Shown: positions 22,856 through 36,686 of the stretch, one piece after another | Numbering within the stretch: position 1 is the first letter of the stretch | Layout: each line of letters begins with the position of its first letter | DNA from: Chiloscyllium plagiosum | Lineage: Eukaryota | Length of the DNA stretch: 39,763 nucleotides | Assembly (NCBI RefSeq): GCF_004010195.1 | Contig: NC_057717.1 | Location: 107,124,062-107,163,824, forward strand | Direction: 5' to 3' | Made by a program: the position numbers and the translations under genes | The notes under the pieces: model-generated | What the model saw: the letters and a program-made list of their open reading frames with translations, nothing else | What the model was told of the DNA's origin: nothing | The model's database searches: none

Positions 22856-24214
22856 TGAGGAAAGTGTGCCAAGCAGGCTAAGATAAAAGGTAGGGAGGAG
22901 GGACTTGGAGGAGGGGCATTGGAAATGTGATAGGTGGAAGGAGGTTAAGGTGAGGGTGATAGGCCGGAGTGGGGTGGGGGCGGAGAGATCAGGAAGAAGA
23001 TTGCAGTTTAGGAATGTGGTGCTGAGTTCAAGGGTTGGGACTGAGACAAGGTGGGGGAGGGGAAATGAGGAAACTGGAGAAATCTGAGTTCATCCCTTGT
23101 GGTTGGAGGGTTCCTAGCCGGAAGATGAGGCGCCCTTCCTCCAGCCGTCATGTTGCTATGGTCTGGCGATGGAGGAGTCCAAGGACCTGCATGTCCTTGG
23201 TGGAGTGGGAGGGGGAGTTGAAGTGTTGAGCCACGGGGTGGTTGGGTTGGTTGGTCCGGGTGTCCCAGAGGTGTTCTCTGAAACATTCNNNNNNNNNNNN
23301 NNNNNNNNNNNNNNNNNNNNNNNNNNNNNNNNNNNNNNNNNNNNNNNNNNNNNNNNNNNNNNNNNNNNNNNNNNNNNNNNNNNNNNNNNNNNNNNNNNNN
23401 NNNNNNNNNNNNNNNNNNNNNNNNNNNNNNNNNNNNNNNNNNNNNNNNNNNNNNNNNNNNNNNNNNNNNNNNNNNNNNNNNNNNNNNNNNNNNNNNNNNN
23501 NNNNNNNNNNNNNNNNNNNNNNNNNNNNNNNNNNNNNNNNNNNNNNNNNNNNNNNNNNNNNNNNNNNNNNNNNNNNNNNNNNNNNNNNNNNNNNNNNNNN
23601 NNNNNNNNNNNNNNNNNNNNNNNNNNNNNNNNNNNNNNNNNNNNNNNNNNNNNNNNNNNNNNNNNNNNNNNNNNNNNNNNNNNNNNNNNNNNNNNNNNNN
23701 NNNNNNNNNNNNNNNNNNNNNNNNNNNNNNNNNNNNNNNNNNNNNNNNNNNNNNNNNNNNNNNNNNNNNNNNNNNNNNNNNNNNNNNNNNNNNNNNNNNN
23801 NNNNNNNNNNNNNNNNNNNNNNNNNNNNNNNNNNNNNNNNNNNNNNNNNNNNNNNNNNNNNNNNNNNNNNNNNNNNNNNNNNNNNNNNNNNNNNNNNNNN
23901 NNNNNNNNNNNNNNNNNNNNNNNNNNNNNNNNNNNNNNNNNNNNNNNNNNNNNNNNNNNNNNNNNNNNNNNNNNNNNNNNNNNNNNNNNNNNNNNNNNNN
24001 NNNNTCCCCTCCCCCCACCTTGTCTCAGTCAAATCCCTCGAACTCAGCACTGCCTTCCTAACCTGCAATCTTCTTCTTGATCTCTCCGCCCCCACCCCCA
24101 CTCCGGCCTATCACCCTCACCTTAACCTCCTTCCACCTATTGTATTTCCAACGCTCCTCCCCCAAGTCTCTCCTCCCTACCTTTTATCTTAGCCTGCTTG
24201 GCACACTCTCCTCA

Positions 24215-24248
24215 TTCCTGAAGAAGGGCTTATGCCTGAAACGTCGAT
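24215..24248 (+). ncRNA. Minimal hammerhead ribozyme, family B, intact core
   Basis: ttc CTGAAGA aGGGCttatGCCT GAAAC GTC ga; predicted cleavage after C24245. Confidence 0.7.
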
Positions 24249-24384
24249 TCTTCTGCTCCCTGGATGCTGCCTGACCTGCTGCGCTTTTCCAGCAACACAT
24301 TTTCAGCTTTACCACTTCCTCTGACAGCTCATTCCATACATGCACCACCCTCTGCATGGAAAATGTTGCCCATTCGGTCCCTTT

Positions 24385-24752
24385 TAAATCTTATAGAGGT
24401 ATATAAAATTGTGAGGGGCATAAATAAGGTGAATAGCAAAGGTCTGTTCCCAGTGATAGGGGAATTCAAAACTTGTGCGCATAGTGTAAGGTGAGAGGGG
24501 AAAGATTTAAAAGGGATCTGAGGGGCAACATTTTCATGCAGAAGGCGGTGCATATATGGAATGAGCTGCCAGAGGAGGTGGTAGATGCAGGTACAATGAC
24601 AACATTTAAAAGACATTTGGACAGGAACATAGATAGCAAAGGGTTAGACGGATATGGGCCAAATGAAGACTAATAGTTCATTTTGGGAAAACTGGTTGAC
24701 TTGGATGAGTTGGAACAAAGGTTCTGTTTCTGTGCTGCATGACTACGACTCT
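24385..24752 (+). mobile_element. CR1 3' fragment
   Basis: LIEVYKIVRGINKV...RGERFKRDLRGNIF...WNELPEEVV translation and tail. Confidence 0.85.
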
Positions 24753-26613
24753 AAGGACATTAGTAAATCAGTTGGGTTTTTACAACAATTGATAATAATG
24801 TCATGGTCACCATCATTGAAACAACTTTCAATTCCAGATTTATGAAGTGACTTTAAATTCTATGGCGGCCATGGTGGTACTTGAATCCAGAGCATTAGCC
24901 TGGGTCTCTGGATTATGAGTTCAGTGACAAGCTTAAAAGGCTTGTCTTTTGAATTGAATGGAAATGTGGAAATGGCAACTTTTATTTTCTCAGTTTATTG
25001 AGTGTTTTCTTTACTTAACATTTCCGAGGTAAAAAGCTTGAGTCATTTCATCATATCAACAAACATAATCATGCAGCAGTAAAGTGTCTCTGCGAATTTG
25101 GAGAGAGGTTAGCTCTTGTGAACTGGAGAGTGAAGGTCAGAGAGACACTGTCTCCATAAATTACGTGAATATTGAAGGGGGAAGACTGCATCTGGGGCTG
25201 AGGTCGAAAGCACTGTGGTAAAGAGTGAATTGAATCCCAGGAAGAAGAATATTGCTGAGGGTGGCTTTAGGGAAGTAGTGACATTTAAACCACCTTCAGT
25301 TCTTTTAGATTAATAATAAATAGTTCACTATTTTTAAATCAAAGTGTCTCTTACAATGCATACAAACATGAATAGAGAGAAGTAGTATTTGGAAGGATGA
25401 ACAGTTTAAAATGTCCCATGAGATATTATCACAAGGAAGTTTCATTGTTATTTAAAGATTTGGGCAAAGAATCAGAAAGTTTATATAAACTCTGTAGAAA
25501 TGCTGCTATGTTGTTATACTTTTAATGTGTTAAATGTCTTTGAGATCAATTTTTTCTTTAATAATTCTACAAACCAGATATAGCAGAATAACAAATTGGT
25601 GCCCAATTCTCTTACTCCAACTCAATAACTTAAAAACTCTTAATAACTTACAAACTCCTAATGCTGAGTTTTCCAAAGTGTGGGTTGGGACCCCAAGTGG
25701 AGTTGCAGGTTGAAATGTTGGTAGTAGTGGCAGCCGCAGAGCTCTGACCAAGTTATAACATCTATACTCATGCATTGGCATTTCTCACTTGAGTGTCATA
25801 ATAATTTTCAAGTCCTGAAATGGTGTCACAGAGGGAAAATGTTTAGGAAGCACTCTCTTAATCAAAAATGTATACATTAAGGTGTTTTAAATGCTGTTCT
25901 GTAGTTTTTTTTTACTGTAATCCCAAGGTCCCTTTGTTCGCTGCTTCCTCAACATCAACTGTCAACTTGATCGATCTCTCAGATTTTGAGCCTTTCGGCT
26001 AAATATTAGGCTTTAGGCTACTTCCTGACCTGTCACCTTGGCCTCCCCACTGCTAGCCACCTCCCTCTTGACTCTCTGCCTCCCTATCAGTTGTCCCCCT
26101 CTCTCCCTCCCAACTCACTGTTGACCCATGTCACATCCCCTCCATTCCCACTCATCTTGCTATTTCCCTCCTGAGTCAGTTCCTTCATGTTTGTTGCTTT
26201 CCCTCCTGACCCTTGACACCATTTCTCCCTGTCCTGAGCAGTCATTCTGAGCAGTGACAAGGCCAGGCAGAGGGAGGAAATGAATGAGGAAGTAAATGGA
26301 ATGGCGAGCAGGAAGGTTGGGGAGAAAAGTGACGCATGTAAGGAATTTCGTTTGTTAATCCCATCTGATTAATCATGGCAGGCTTGAATCTCATTTATAA
26401 ATTTCCTGTTGTGGGACGGTCAACCAGTCCTTTTACGAAAATGGCAGGAAGTCTTAGTTAACCAAAGTAACACAGCAACAGTAATTAAATGTATGACATT
26501 TGATGCACTGTTACATAGTCACACAGCATGGAGGGAATGCTGGTCGAGATCAACAGGAACACAAGGTTTACTTACAGGAGTGACTGCTGGTGTTGAAAGG
26601 AAATAATATTTAC

Positions 26614-27879
26614 ATAGAACATAGAACAATAGAACATAGAACAATACAGCACAGAACAGGCCCTTCGGCCCACAATGTTGTGCCGAACATTTGTCCTAGC
26701 TTAAGCACCCATCCATGTACCTATCCAATTGCCGCTTAAAGGTCACCAAAGATTCTGACTCTACCACTCCCACAGGCAGCGCATTCCATGCCCCACCACT
26801 CTCTGGGTAAAGAACCCACCCCTAACATCTCCCCNNNNNNNNNNNNNNNNNNNNNNNNNNNNNNNNNNNNNNNNNNNNNNNNNNNNNNNNNNNNNNNNNN
26901 NNNNNNNNNNNNNNNNNNNNNNNNNNNNNNNNNNNNNNNNNNNNNNNNNNNNNNNNNNNNNNNNNNNNNNNNNNNNNNNNNNNNNNNNNNNNNNNNNNNN
27001 NNNNNNNNNNNNNNNNNNNNNNNNNNNNNNNNNNNNNNNNNNNNNNNNNNNNNNNNNNNNNNNNNNNNNNNNNNNNNNNNNNNNNNNNNNNNNNNNNNNN
27101 NNNNNNNNNNNNNNNNNNNNNNNNNNNNNNNNNNNNNNNNNNNNNNNNNNNNNNNNNNNNNNNNNNNNNNNNNNNNNNNNNNNNNNNNNNNNNNNNNNNN
27201 NNNNNNNNNNNNNNNNNNNNNNNNNNNNNNNNNNNNNNNNNNNNNNNNNNNNNNNNNNNNNNNNNNNNNNNNNNNNNNNNNNNNNNNNNNNNNNNNNNNN
27301 NNNNNNNNNNNNNNNNNNNNNNNNNNNNNNNNNNNNNNNNNNNNNNNNNNNNNNNNNNNNNNNNNNNNNNNNNNNNNNNNNNNNNNNNNNNNNNNNNNNN
27401 NNNNNNNNNNNNNNNNNNNNNNNNNNNNNNNNNNNNNNNNNNNNNNNNNNNNNNNNNNNNNNNNNNNNNNNNNNNNNNNNNNNNNNNNNNNNNNNNNNNN
27501 NNNNNNNNNNNNNNNNNNNNNNNNNNNNNNNNNNNNNNNNNNNNNNNNNNNNNNNNNNNNNNNNNNNNNNNNNNNNNNNNNNNNNNNNNNNNNNNNNNNN
27601 NNNNNNNNNNNNNNNNNNNNNNNNNNGTCACTTCCTCAAAGAATTCAATAAGACTTGTAAGGCAAGAACTACCCTTCACAAATCTGTGCTGGCTGTCCCT
27701 AATCAAGCAGTGTCTTTCCAGGTACTCATAAATCCTATCCCTCAGTACCCTTTCCATTACTTTGCCTACCACCGAAGTAAGACTAACTGGCCTGTAATTC
27801 CCGGGGTTATCCCTATTCCCTTTTTTGAACAGGGGCACAACATTCGCCACTCTCCAGTCCCCTGGTACCACCCCCGTTG
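26614..27879 (-). mobile_element. 5'-truncated CR1 LINE spanning a gap; tandem catagaa tail at left
   Basis: Translation TGVVPGDWRVANVVPLFKKGNRDNPGNYRPVSLTSVVGK; tail catagaacatagaacaatagaacatagaac. Confidence 0.9.
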
Positions 27880-28019
27880 AGCCTAAAGGCTCAAAATCTG
27901 AGAGATCGATCAAGTTGACAGTTGATGTTGAGGAAGCAGCGAACAAAGGGACCTTGGGGTTACAGTAAAAAAAACTATAGAACAGCATTTAAAACACCTT
28001 AATGTATACATTTTTGATT
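27880..28019 (-). repeat. Inverted duplicate of 25860-26000
   Basis: Reverse-complement match with 3 substitutions and 1 homopolymer indel by my manual count. Confidence 0.93.
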
Positions 28020-29856
28020 CAATCAGTGAGAATGTGAGCGCGAATGAAGCCTTCAGCTGATATGTACAGGTTCCTTTGACAGGAAATCTCTCTGATATGA
28101 TACCTTCAATACGCAAGAATACTCAATATAGTAAAATAGACCTAAATCCTACTCCAATTGAGTGAAAAGGATAGGTCTATCATCTGGGATTGGAAGGGCA
28201 ACACAATGGAAGAACTATGACAGAGCTGTCAGCATTAGACAAGTTCCATGGACATGATTTTTAGCAGTGAGCTATATAACTGAGAGACGTTCACCATTGT
28301 GGTTGCACAGTCACAAAAGCTACAAGTATTAACGTATTAACTTCTCTCCTTTTTCTGTTTATGTCTCTTTACTCTCTTCACAGTTTATCTAGGAATTCTA
28401 TTCCTGCAGTCACTGGTGCTGAAAGACTTTTTTAACACAGCAATTCAAGAAAACTCTCTTAAAAAGATAGAGGAATGATTATCATTCCCAGCGTTGTCCT
28501 GTGCTCATGGCTAACAGAAATGCAGAGAAAAAGGTTTTTAAGTAATAATGAGCATGTAACTAATTTTTTTAAAAATGCCTGATGGATTGTCACATTTGAA
28601 GCCTCAGTTTAGATGAATGAACACAGCTATGGTGAAGTGCTACATATAAATGTATAAGTAGGTTTTGTTAATTCTTTTTTGTTATTTCTTTCAAAATTGT
28701 CGTGTTTAGTTCTGCAGATGCACTCTGTGTAGGTTGTCAGTGTGGTCTATTAATTGACCATTTTTTGGAGATGTTCTTGCTTGATATTGAGGATGCTGAG
28801 TTTAGATATTTTCCTCTTGGCATTAACCCAAATCTAGGTTGTTGCACCTCCTACTGTTGGTGTGAGAAGGGAGTGTGACTTCACTTGAAGTGACAGCCAC
28901 AACATTCACCCTGGGTGACTATACAAGTTGTGTCTCACAGTGTTGATTTGGACCATAGCTCACTTCACAGTATAATTCTGTTCTGGGAACCTTTTATAAA
29001 AATTGCAATATTAAGTGCTTAAGAATAATCTGCAGCCATCTCACATACTGTTTGAACACGATGTAGAAGTGTGCCAGAATTATCAAATAATTATATGGCA
29101 CCTTCCACCTTCTCAAGAAATCCCAAAGCATTCAACACCATCTGGTTACTTTGATAGTGTTGTCACATTGTAATTTAGGGAACTGAGTAAGCAATTTGCA
29201 AACAGCAAGATGGTGAAAACAGCAGTGAGATGAATAAGCAGTTAATCTGACAGTTAAGGTGGAGTTTCCCATGACCACACATCGTACCCTCAGATCATCT
29301 ATGAACATATTGAACGTTAAATCACAATTTTTTTTTAAAAGAAGATAGAAATGAAAAAAGAGACTGCAAATGTAAATTCAGAGCAAGGTAATTTAATAAT
29401 GGTCTGAATGGCCTGAACTTTCTCAGCCTTGAGGAAGTTCAGGATTGTCACACTTAATTGGTGTTAAGGAAACTTTAAAGATAAAGACATCGAAAGGTGA
29501 AAAGCTCTGCAAACTGAACTGTAGTCCCCTGTGAGTTATCTGAGATTCTGAACGTGGTGGGGAAGAAACACAACAGTATGGGTGAGAGCCCTAATTGTAT
29601 TTGCCCCGTTTGAGAATAGACAAGAAGTTGGATTAAAAGCAAATTTCATATATGGTCTATGTCTGCTAGTGGGTGAAGGTATGTGTTTTGAGGGTCACAA
29701 CTGAGAAACCCTAGTCATTCCTGCGTTGCAGGTAAACAGATGGGAAGTCTCTCTCTCTCTGCTAAAGCCAGAAAGTGAAGCCACAGTCGAAAAGAAACAG
29801 ATCTTTCAGCTAACCAGCAAAGCTAAGCATCTCAAAATCAACTGCTCATCTATCAA

Positions 29857-30850
29857 CATTGATTGATTGATTGATTTATTGTCACGTGTATTGAGGTACA
29901 GTGAAAAGCTTTGTTTACGAGCAGTACAAGCAGATCATAGTAAGCAAGGATGTGCAGATCAAAAAGACTTAGACAGAGGCATATACAGGTTACACTGCAC
30001 AGGGTGTGCGCTAGGTGAGATCATTAGCACGATCAGCTTTAATTGAGGCTAGATAGTCCATTCATCAGTCTAATAACTGGTGGGGAGAAGCTGTTCCTGA
30101 ACATGCTGGTGCATTTGTTCAGGCTTCTGTGACTTCTGCCTGACAGAAGAGGTTGGAGAAGATCATTATCAGAATATGATGGGATTTTGATGATATTGGC
30201 AGCAAGCCATGTAAATGGAGTCCATGGATGGAAAGTTGGCTTCTGCGATGGTCTAGGCTATGCAAACCACCTTCTGTAGTTTCTTACAGACCTGGACAGA
30301 GCAGTTGCCATTCCAGGCCGTTATGTACCTGGTCAGTTTACTCTCAATGGTGCATCTGTAGAAGTTGGTGATGGTCCTTATGGACATGACAAATTTCCAG
30401 AGCTGCCTGAGGAAAAAGAGGTGTTGTTGTGTTTTCTTGACCGTCGCATCTATGTGGAAAGTCCAGGACAGGTTGTTGGCTATCATCACTCCGAAGAACT
30501 TGATACTCTCAACCATTTCAACCTCAGCTCCATTGATGTAGATGGGGGCGTGTTCTTCTCCCTTTTTCCTAAAGTCAATAATCATTTCTTTAGTTTTGCC
30601 AACATTGAGAGAGAGGTTGTTATCATTGCACCACATCACCAAGCCCTTTATTTTCCTTCTGTATTTTGACTCATCATTGTTAGATATTGTACAACTACAG
30701 TGGTGTCATCAGTGAACTTGTAGATGGCGTTCTTTTGGAATTTAGCAACACAGTTTTGGGTGTACAGGGAGTACAGGGGGCTGAGGACATATCCTTGGGG
30801 ACTCCAGTGTTGAGTATTATTGTGGAGGAAGTGCAGTTACCTATCTTCAT
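29857..30850 (-). mobile_element. Rex1/Babar-type LINE 3' fragment with (ATTG)n tail
   Basis: ORF WCNDNNLSLNVGKTKEMIIDFRK...FYRCTIES (DUF1891-like region); attgattgattgattg at the 3' end. Confidence 0.85.
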
Positions 30851-31089
30851 CAGTGCTCCCCATCACTAAAAGCAAAGGCCTCAACCTCCCATCATCTACT
30901 TTTCGTAGAGACTGATCATTTATTTTCTAATTTTTGCTTGGGTTCACCTCTCATTTCTAGTCTGTGTGTTGCATTATTTCTTCTCATGTTTCGTAACAAA
31001 TGAACTTATTCTTTCATCAGCTCAAGGCAGCCTGGTCAAACTGGTTGGGAGAAAGACATCCACAAAAGAAGGAATCCTTTCTAAACTAA

Positions 31090-32250
31090 GCTTCTTGTGA
31101 CCAACCAAGGGGGCACATATGAATAATGAAAGAGAGCCAGTTTATCCTTCCTCACTAGGGGCTTGATAATTTGGGGTGTCTGACACTTTAACAGACCTGC
31201 CTACCTTTAAATGTTATGATTTTTCATGCTGTCAAAGTGGGGTCTCTGAATTCCTCCCCCCACCAGCAACCACTGGAAATAGTTTGCGTCCTCTGGGCCT
31301 GGATCCCACCCACCATTTTGAAAGTCTGAGAACTAGGAAGAGCCTTAAAAATCTAATCCCTGGTAGAGGGCTTTGAAGCAGGAAGGGTATAAGGTGGGAT
31401 GCTCAACTACCTGAACCACGGCCACCTTCCCACCTTGACTAGAATGAAGTGCAAGACAGACGGGACACAGTCACCCTTTCTGCCTTGCTGCATAATGAGA
31501 CTTTTCATGGTACAATTAATGGCCAATGAAAGACTACATCTTGTTGCTGCTGGGATGATCCTAGTTGCAGTCAGGCCTGTCACCATGCTGCATGGACAGT
31601 AGCTGAAAACGTATGGCAAGCTTGTTGCCTCTGGGAGGTGAGGATACCTTGAGCAAAGGCACTCAGTGTCTGATTGAGGAACTAGATATTAGGACCATAA
31701 GGTCCATTGAGAATTATTCCTTCCCTTTGCTATTACTCTTCCTCTGTTTGCAACCTCCTCTCTTCAAAGCTCCTTCTCCCAACAATAATTACTTGCTTCC
31801 TGGATTGCTCTCCAATCTTGGGACTCCTTCCAGTAGTGGTCACATCCTCCCAGGAGAAGCATTCACTGATGGGACAGAGCGAAGTCTTACAGTGGAGGTA
31901 GACTTCCAGTCCAATTACTAGATTCAAATGTCAGGTGGGGGGTGTTCTCTATATGTTACAGCAGTGGTTTTCAACCAAAGTACTGCAGGTCTGACAAGGC
32001 AAGAAGTGTACCAGGAAATTTTCATGCCCATGCTTCCAATCTCTTCTGGAGCCTGGATGCACATTATTGAAGGTAATATCTACTGACATTCATCACCCCA
32101 CGTATGCAGGAGAAGGGTAATCTGCTCAGCTCTGGAGCCTGCGTGCCTTGATAATGGAAAGGCTGGGAATCACTGTGATAGAGTACGTGCTGCGCAGTGA
32201 AATAGTGTTAGTCAATACTTCTTTTGGTTTCCTTGTTACAGTTAAAACAT
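31090..32250 (-). mobile_element. Possible highly decayed L1-clade LINE (ORF1 end / endonuclease start)
   Basis: Only weak, frameshifted resemblance on the minus strand; not verifiable by eye. Confidence 0.25.
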
Positions 32251-34415
32251 CACACCTTGTTGTGCAATCCTTTCAGCCATTCACTGGAAGCTCAAATTTC
32301 TTCTTAACATTGTTGGTTTCCATGGAAACCATAACGTCCTCCATTTTGAAACAAGCACTCCCTTAATTACCTGCCATCAAAAGCTACTGTTACTTGTTTC
32401 AGAGCCCACATCCTGACCTTAACTGGATGGAAACCTCACATTCCGGCCATCAGTTGATCATTCACAGTGAGGTCACAAGAATAACTGTTTTCCAAGTTCA
32501 CAGGGAAAGTCTTGGGGACACAAAGAATATAGGCTCACGTGGCCATTACAGAACTACAGCCCAGCAAGAGCTAATAGATGGGGGTGGAATTGGAATTTTA
32601 GAAAAAGTGTCAATCTGGTAAAATAGCAATGCATCCCTAATGCTGTCATGGGTCAGGTCAGTTAGGTGTATATGGAACCCACCTACCCTCACCAGAAGCA
32701 AGCCTTGAAGAAGACCTCGCTCATTACTGCATTTCTTGCCTATTTGTTGGAAGTGGTCAGATTATGAATTTGATGTCAAAAATGCATTTTTTAAAATCTT
32801 AGTTGAACAGGTGCCAATCATCTAGATCTCGTTCAATGCTCTAAATCCTAATCGATATCACGATTTAGCTTCTTGTGACTACTTCTTTGAGCTGTCAAAT
32901 ATTGAGTTTAAGGACTGAGGATTTGAAAGTCACAACTGGTTGCAGCTTTGACCTTCAATTACAGTGAGAGCTCAGTATTTCAGGATGGGAAATTGCCTAG
33001 GAGGAAAGTAATTAAATGGTGCTAACTTAATCATGCAATTTTCTGATGATAATCAATATTTGCTAACAAGTACACATGAAACTAACAGATTGGTACAACC
33101 CCTACTTGTCATGGGGATGACACTGTAATGCTTGGATATAGCTCAAGCCTGTGCAAATAGGCAAAAAAAAGCACTGGGTAAATTAAGGATCCAGTATTTG
33201 GAGGAGTCCATTCAGCCCTCAAGCCTGTTTCACCATTCAGTTAGATCATGGCTGATCTGTAGCGATTGATCAACCTTGGTTTTGTAATCCTTTGCTCCTT
33301 CACTCAATGAAAATGCATGAATCTCAATTTTTGAAAAATGTTAAATGTCTCTCAGGGTCTAAAGCCTTTGTGCAGAACTGCTTTCTGATATCATCTCTCA
33401 ACTAATTAGCTCTAATTTTATGTGTTTTACTTTCCTTTTTTCGGATTCTCCCACCAGAGAAAGTTATTTCTCCTTTTTTAATCACCTTAAATACCACAGT
33501 TAGATAGCCCCTTAATCTTCTATGCAATTACTTTAAAAATGGACTCCCAGACTGTAGATACTTGAAGGAGTTCTGCATGCAGACTCAGTGAATGGTGCTG
33601 GTTTTGCACTGGGAATGGGTCATTTTAAGATACTGCTTGTTCTGTTGAAAATATCAAACCTAACAACTTGTTAGAAAGAAATCAATAAGTCTTCAACTCA
33701 GTCACCTTCTCTAATGACTTTTAACATCTCGATTGTGCCATAAGTATGAGAGCAAAATGATTTCACTAACCATTAATTTTGTGACAAATTTAACCCTGGG
33801 GGTTTTCTATAACAACAATTCTAATAAAATCTTGATAAAAATGCCAGCCTCGTGACTTGTCAATGTGAAAAAAAAAAATCAAATAACAACAGTTGAATTG
33901 TGTATCTCCAATTTTCCTTGTCAGCCACACACAACCCGGGAAAACAATCTTAGAGGGTAGTAGGAGGTTGCATCGGGATAGCTCGCTAAAGAATTTCTAC
34001 CTCTCCACAACTTCCAGGGGTCACCCGAGAATAGAGACAGCTCCATGGAAAGACAGTCAGCCTGGGATCACTGCAGGTCTGCAGCATCAGAAGCCCATGT
34101 GCCAGCCCAATGGGTCAGTGAGTGCTGAGGAGACCATTCAGAAAGGACACTGATGTCAAGGATAGGCTTAGGACTCCAATACAGCCCTATTTCTGAGTCG
34201 ATATGTCTACTAGAAAATCCAGCTTACTGTTTTTTTCAGCAGATTTCAAAGGACTCTGATCATGTTCAGAAAACTTGCTTGCTTTACCATTACAGGACAC
34301 TTCAGGCGAATTCCAATGGTCTGACTATTACTGCCCCTGAGATTATTGCTTTCTCTGGGGTTAGTTACTGGGATGCTCAGGAGTCTGATTCATCCAGTTC
34401 TCTTCGAATCAAACT

Positions 34416-34762
34416 GGGGCGACACGGTGGCTCAGTGGTTAGCACTGCTGCCTCATAGTTGTACAGACCCAGGTTAGATCCCGATCTTGGGCGACTGTCT
34501 GTGTAGAGTTTGCAGTTCTCCCCGTGTCTGTATGGGTTTCCACCTGGTGCTCTGGTTTCCTCCCACAATCCAAAGATGTGGAGGTTAGGTGAACTGGCTG
34601 TGCTAAATTGTCCATAGTGTTCAGGGACTTGTAGGTCAAGTGCATTAGTCAGGAGTAAATATAAGGTAGGGAAATGGATCTGGGTGGGTTTTACATCGGA
34701 TGGTCAGTGTGGACTTGTTGGGTCAAAGGGCCTTGTTTCCATACTGTAGGGATTCTATTCCA
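34416..34762 (+). mobile_element. tRNA-derived V-SINE (HE1-like) with CR1-like tail
   Basis: A box ggtggctcagtggttagc, B-box-like ggttagatcc, V-domain gagtttgca.ttctccccgtgtctg. Confidence 0.9.
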
Positions 34763-35004
34763 TCATTCTAATCTTATTTAAAATGACCAATAATTCTTCA
34801 TCTCCTTCTCCAGTTTTATGGTTTAGTTTGAGAGACCGTAATATAATGAGACTATATATGTGCTTCAGGGTCTTATTGTCCAATGGTTCTAATGGAAGTA
34901 CATGGCAATTAATGTCCTGGAAATGAATTTAAAAATGTGCACTGAAGACGAGATCAAATCTGTGCAAGTGCATTGTGTGCCATTATTCTGGTCATAGCCA
35001 GACA

Positions 35005-36686
35005 ATGTACAGAGTCCCAAAGCCCAGCATGTACAAAGTCCCAAAGCCCAGTGTGTACACGGCCCCAAAGCCCAGCATGAACACAGCCCCAAAGCCCAGC
35101 GTGTACACTGCCCCAAAGCCCAGTGTGTACGCAGCCCCAGAGCCCAGTGTGTACACAGCCCCAAAGCCCAGCATGTACACAGCCTCAAAAGCCCAGCATG
35201 TACACAGCCCCAAAAGCCCAGAGTGTACACAGCCCCAAAGCCCAGTGTATACACAGCCCCAAAGCCCAGTGTGTACACAGCCCCGAAGCCCAGTGTGTAC
35301 ACAGCCCTGAAGCCCAGTATGTACACAACCCCAAAGCCAGAGCGTACACAGCCCCAAAGGCCAGTGTATACCCGGCCCCAAAGCCCAGCGTGTACACAGC
35401 CCCAAAGCCCAGTATGTACACTGCCCCAAAGTCCAGCATGTACACAGCCCCAAAGCTCAGTGTGTACACAGCCCCAAAGCCCAGTGTGTACACTGCCCCA
35501 AAGCCCAGAGTGTACACAGCTCCAAAGCCCAGTGTGTACACAGCCCCAAAGCCCATGTGTACACAGCCCTGAAGTCCAGCGTGTACACAGCCCCAAAGCC
35601 CAGTATGTACACTGCCCCAAAGTCTAGCATGTACACAGCCCCAAAGCCCAGTGGGTATACAGCCCCAAAGCCCAGTGTGTACATAGCCCCCAAGCCCAGT
35701 GTTTACACGGCCCCAAAGCCCAGCATGTACACAGCCCCAAAGCCCAGCGTGTACACAGCCCCAAAGCCCAGTGTGTACATGGCCCCAACGCCCAGCATGT
35801 ACACAACCCCAAAGCCCAGCGTGTACATGGCCCCAAAGCCCAGTGTGTACACAGCCCCAAAGCCCAGTGTGTACACTGCCCCAAAACCCAGCGTGTACAC
35901 AGCCCCAAAGCCCAGTGTGTACACTGCCCCAAAACCCAGTGTGTACATAGCCCCAAAGCTGTGTGTACACTGCCCCAAAGCCCAGTGTGTACACTGCCCC
36001 AAAGCCCAGCGTGTACACAGCCCCAAAGCCCAGTGTGTACACAGTCCCAGAGCCCAGCGTGTACATGGCCCCAAAGCCCAGTGTGTACATGGCCCCAAAG
36101 CCCAGCGTGTACATGGCCCCAACGCCCAGCATGTACACAACCCCAAAGCCCAGCGTGTACATGGCCCCAAAGCCCAGTGTGTACACAGCCCCAAAACCCA
36201 GTGTGTACACAGCCCCAAAGCCCAGCGTGTACACTGCCCCAAAGCCCAGCGTGTACACAGCCCCAAAGCCCAGTGTGTACACTGCCCCAAAGCTCAGTGT
36301 GTACACTGCCCCAAAACCCAGCATGTACAAGCCCCAAAGCCCAGTGTGTACACTGCCCCAAAGCCCAGCGTGTACACAGCCCCAAAGCCCAGTGTGTACA
36401 CAGCCCCAAAGCCCAGCATGTACATAGCTCCAAAATCCAGCGTGTACACAGCCCCAAAGCCCAGTGTGTACACTGCCCCAAAGCCCAGTGTGTACACAGC
36501 CCCAAAGCCCAGTGTGTACACTGCCCCAAAGCCCAGTGTGTACACTGCCCCAAAACCCAGCATGTACACAGCCCCAAAGCCCAGTGTGTACACTGCCCCA
36601 AAGCCCAGCATGTACATAGCTCCAAAATCCAGCGTGTACACAGCCCCAAAGCCCAGTGTGTACACAGCCCCAAAGCCCAGTGTGTA
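35005..36686. repeat. 24-bp minisatellite (agccccaaagcccagtgtgtacac)n, about 70 copies
   Basis: Tandem copies; 8-aa periodicity YTAPKPSV in the ORF track. Confidence 0.97.

Larger units (their letters stand above)
22726..24305. mobile_element. Inverted-dimer Penelope-like element (family B) spanning a gap, with 17-bp TSD
   Basis: 22760-23065 is inverted to 24005-24305. Remnant CFREHLWDTRTNQPNHPVAQHFNSPSH (GIY-YIG C-terminus). TSD gctttaccacttcctct at 22709-22725 and 24306-24322. Confidence 0.88.

Noticed and set aside
8050..27988. Long ORFs spanning N runs
   Set aside because: Artefacts of assembly gaps.
34416..34490. tRNA gene
   Set aside because: The A/B boxes belong to the head of a V-SINE; no intact cloverleaf.
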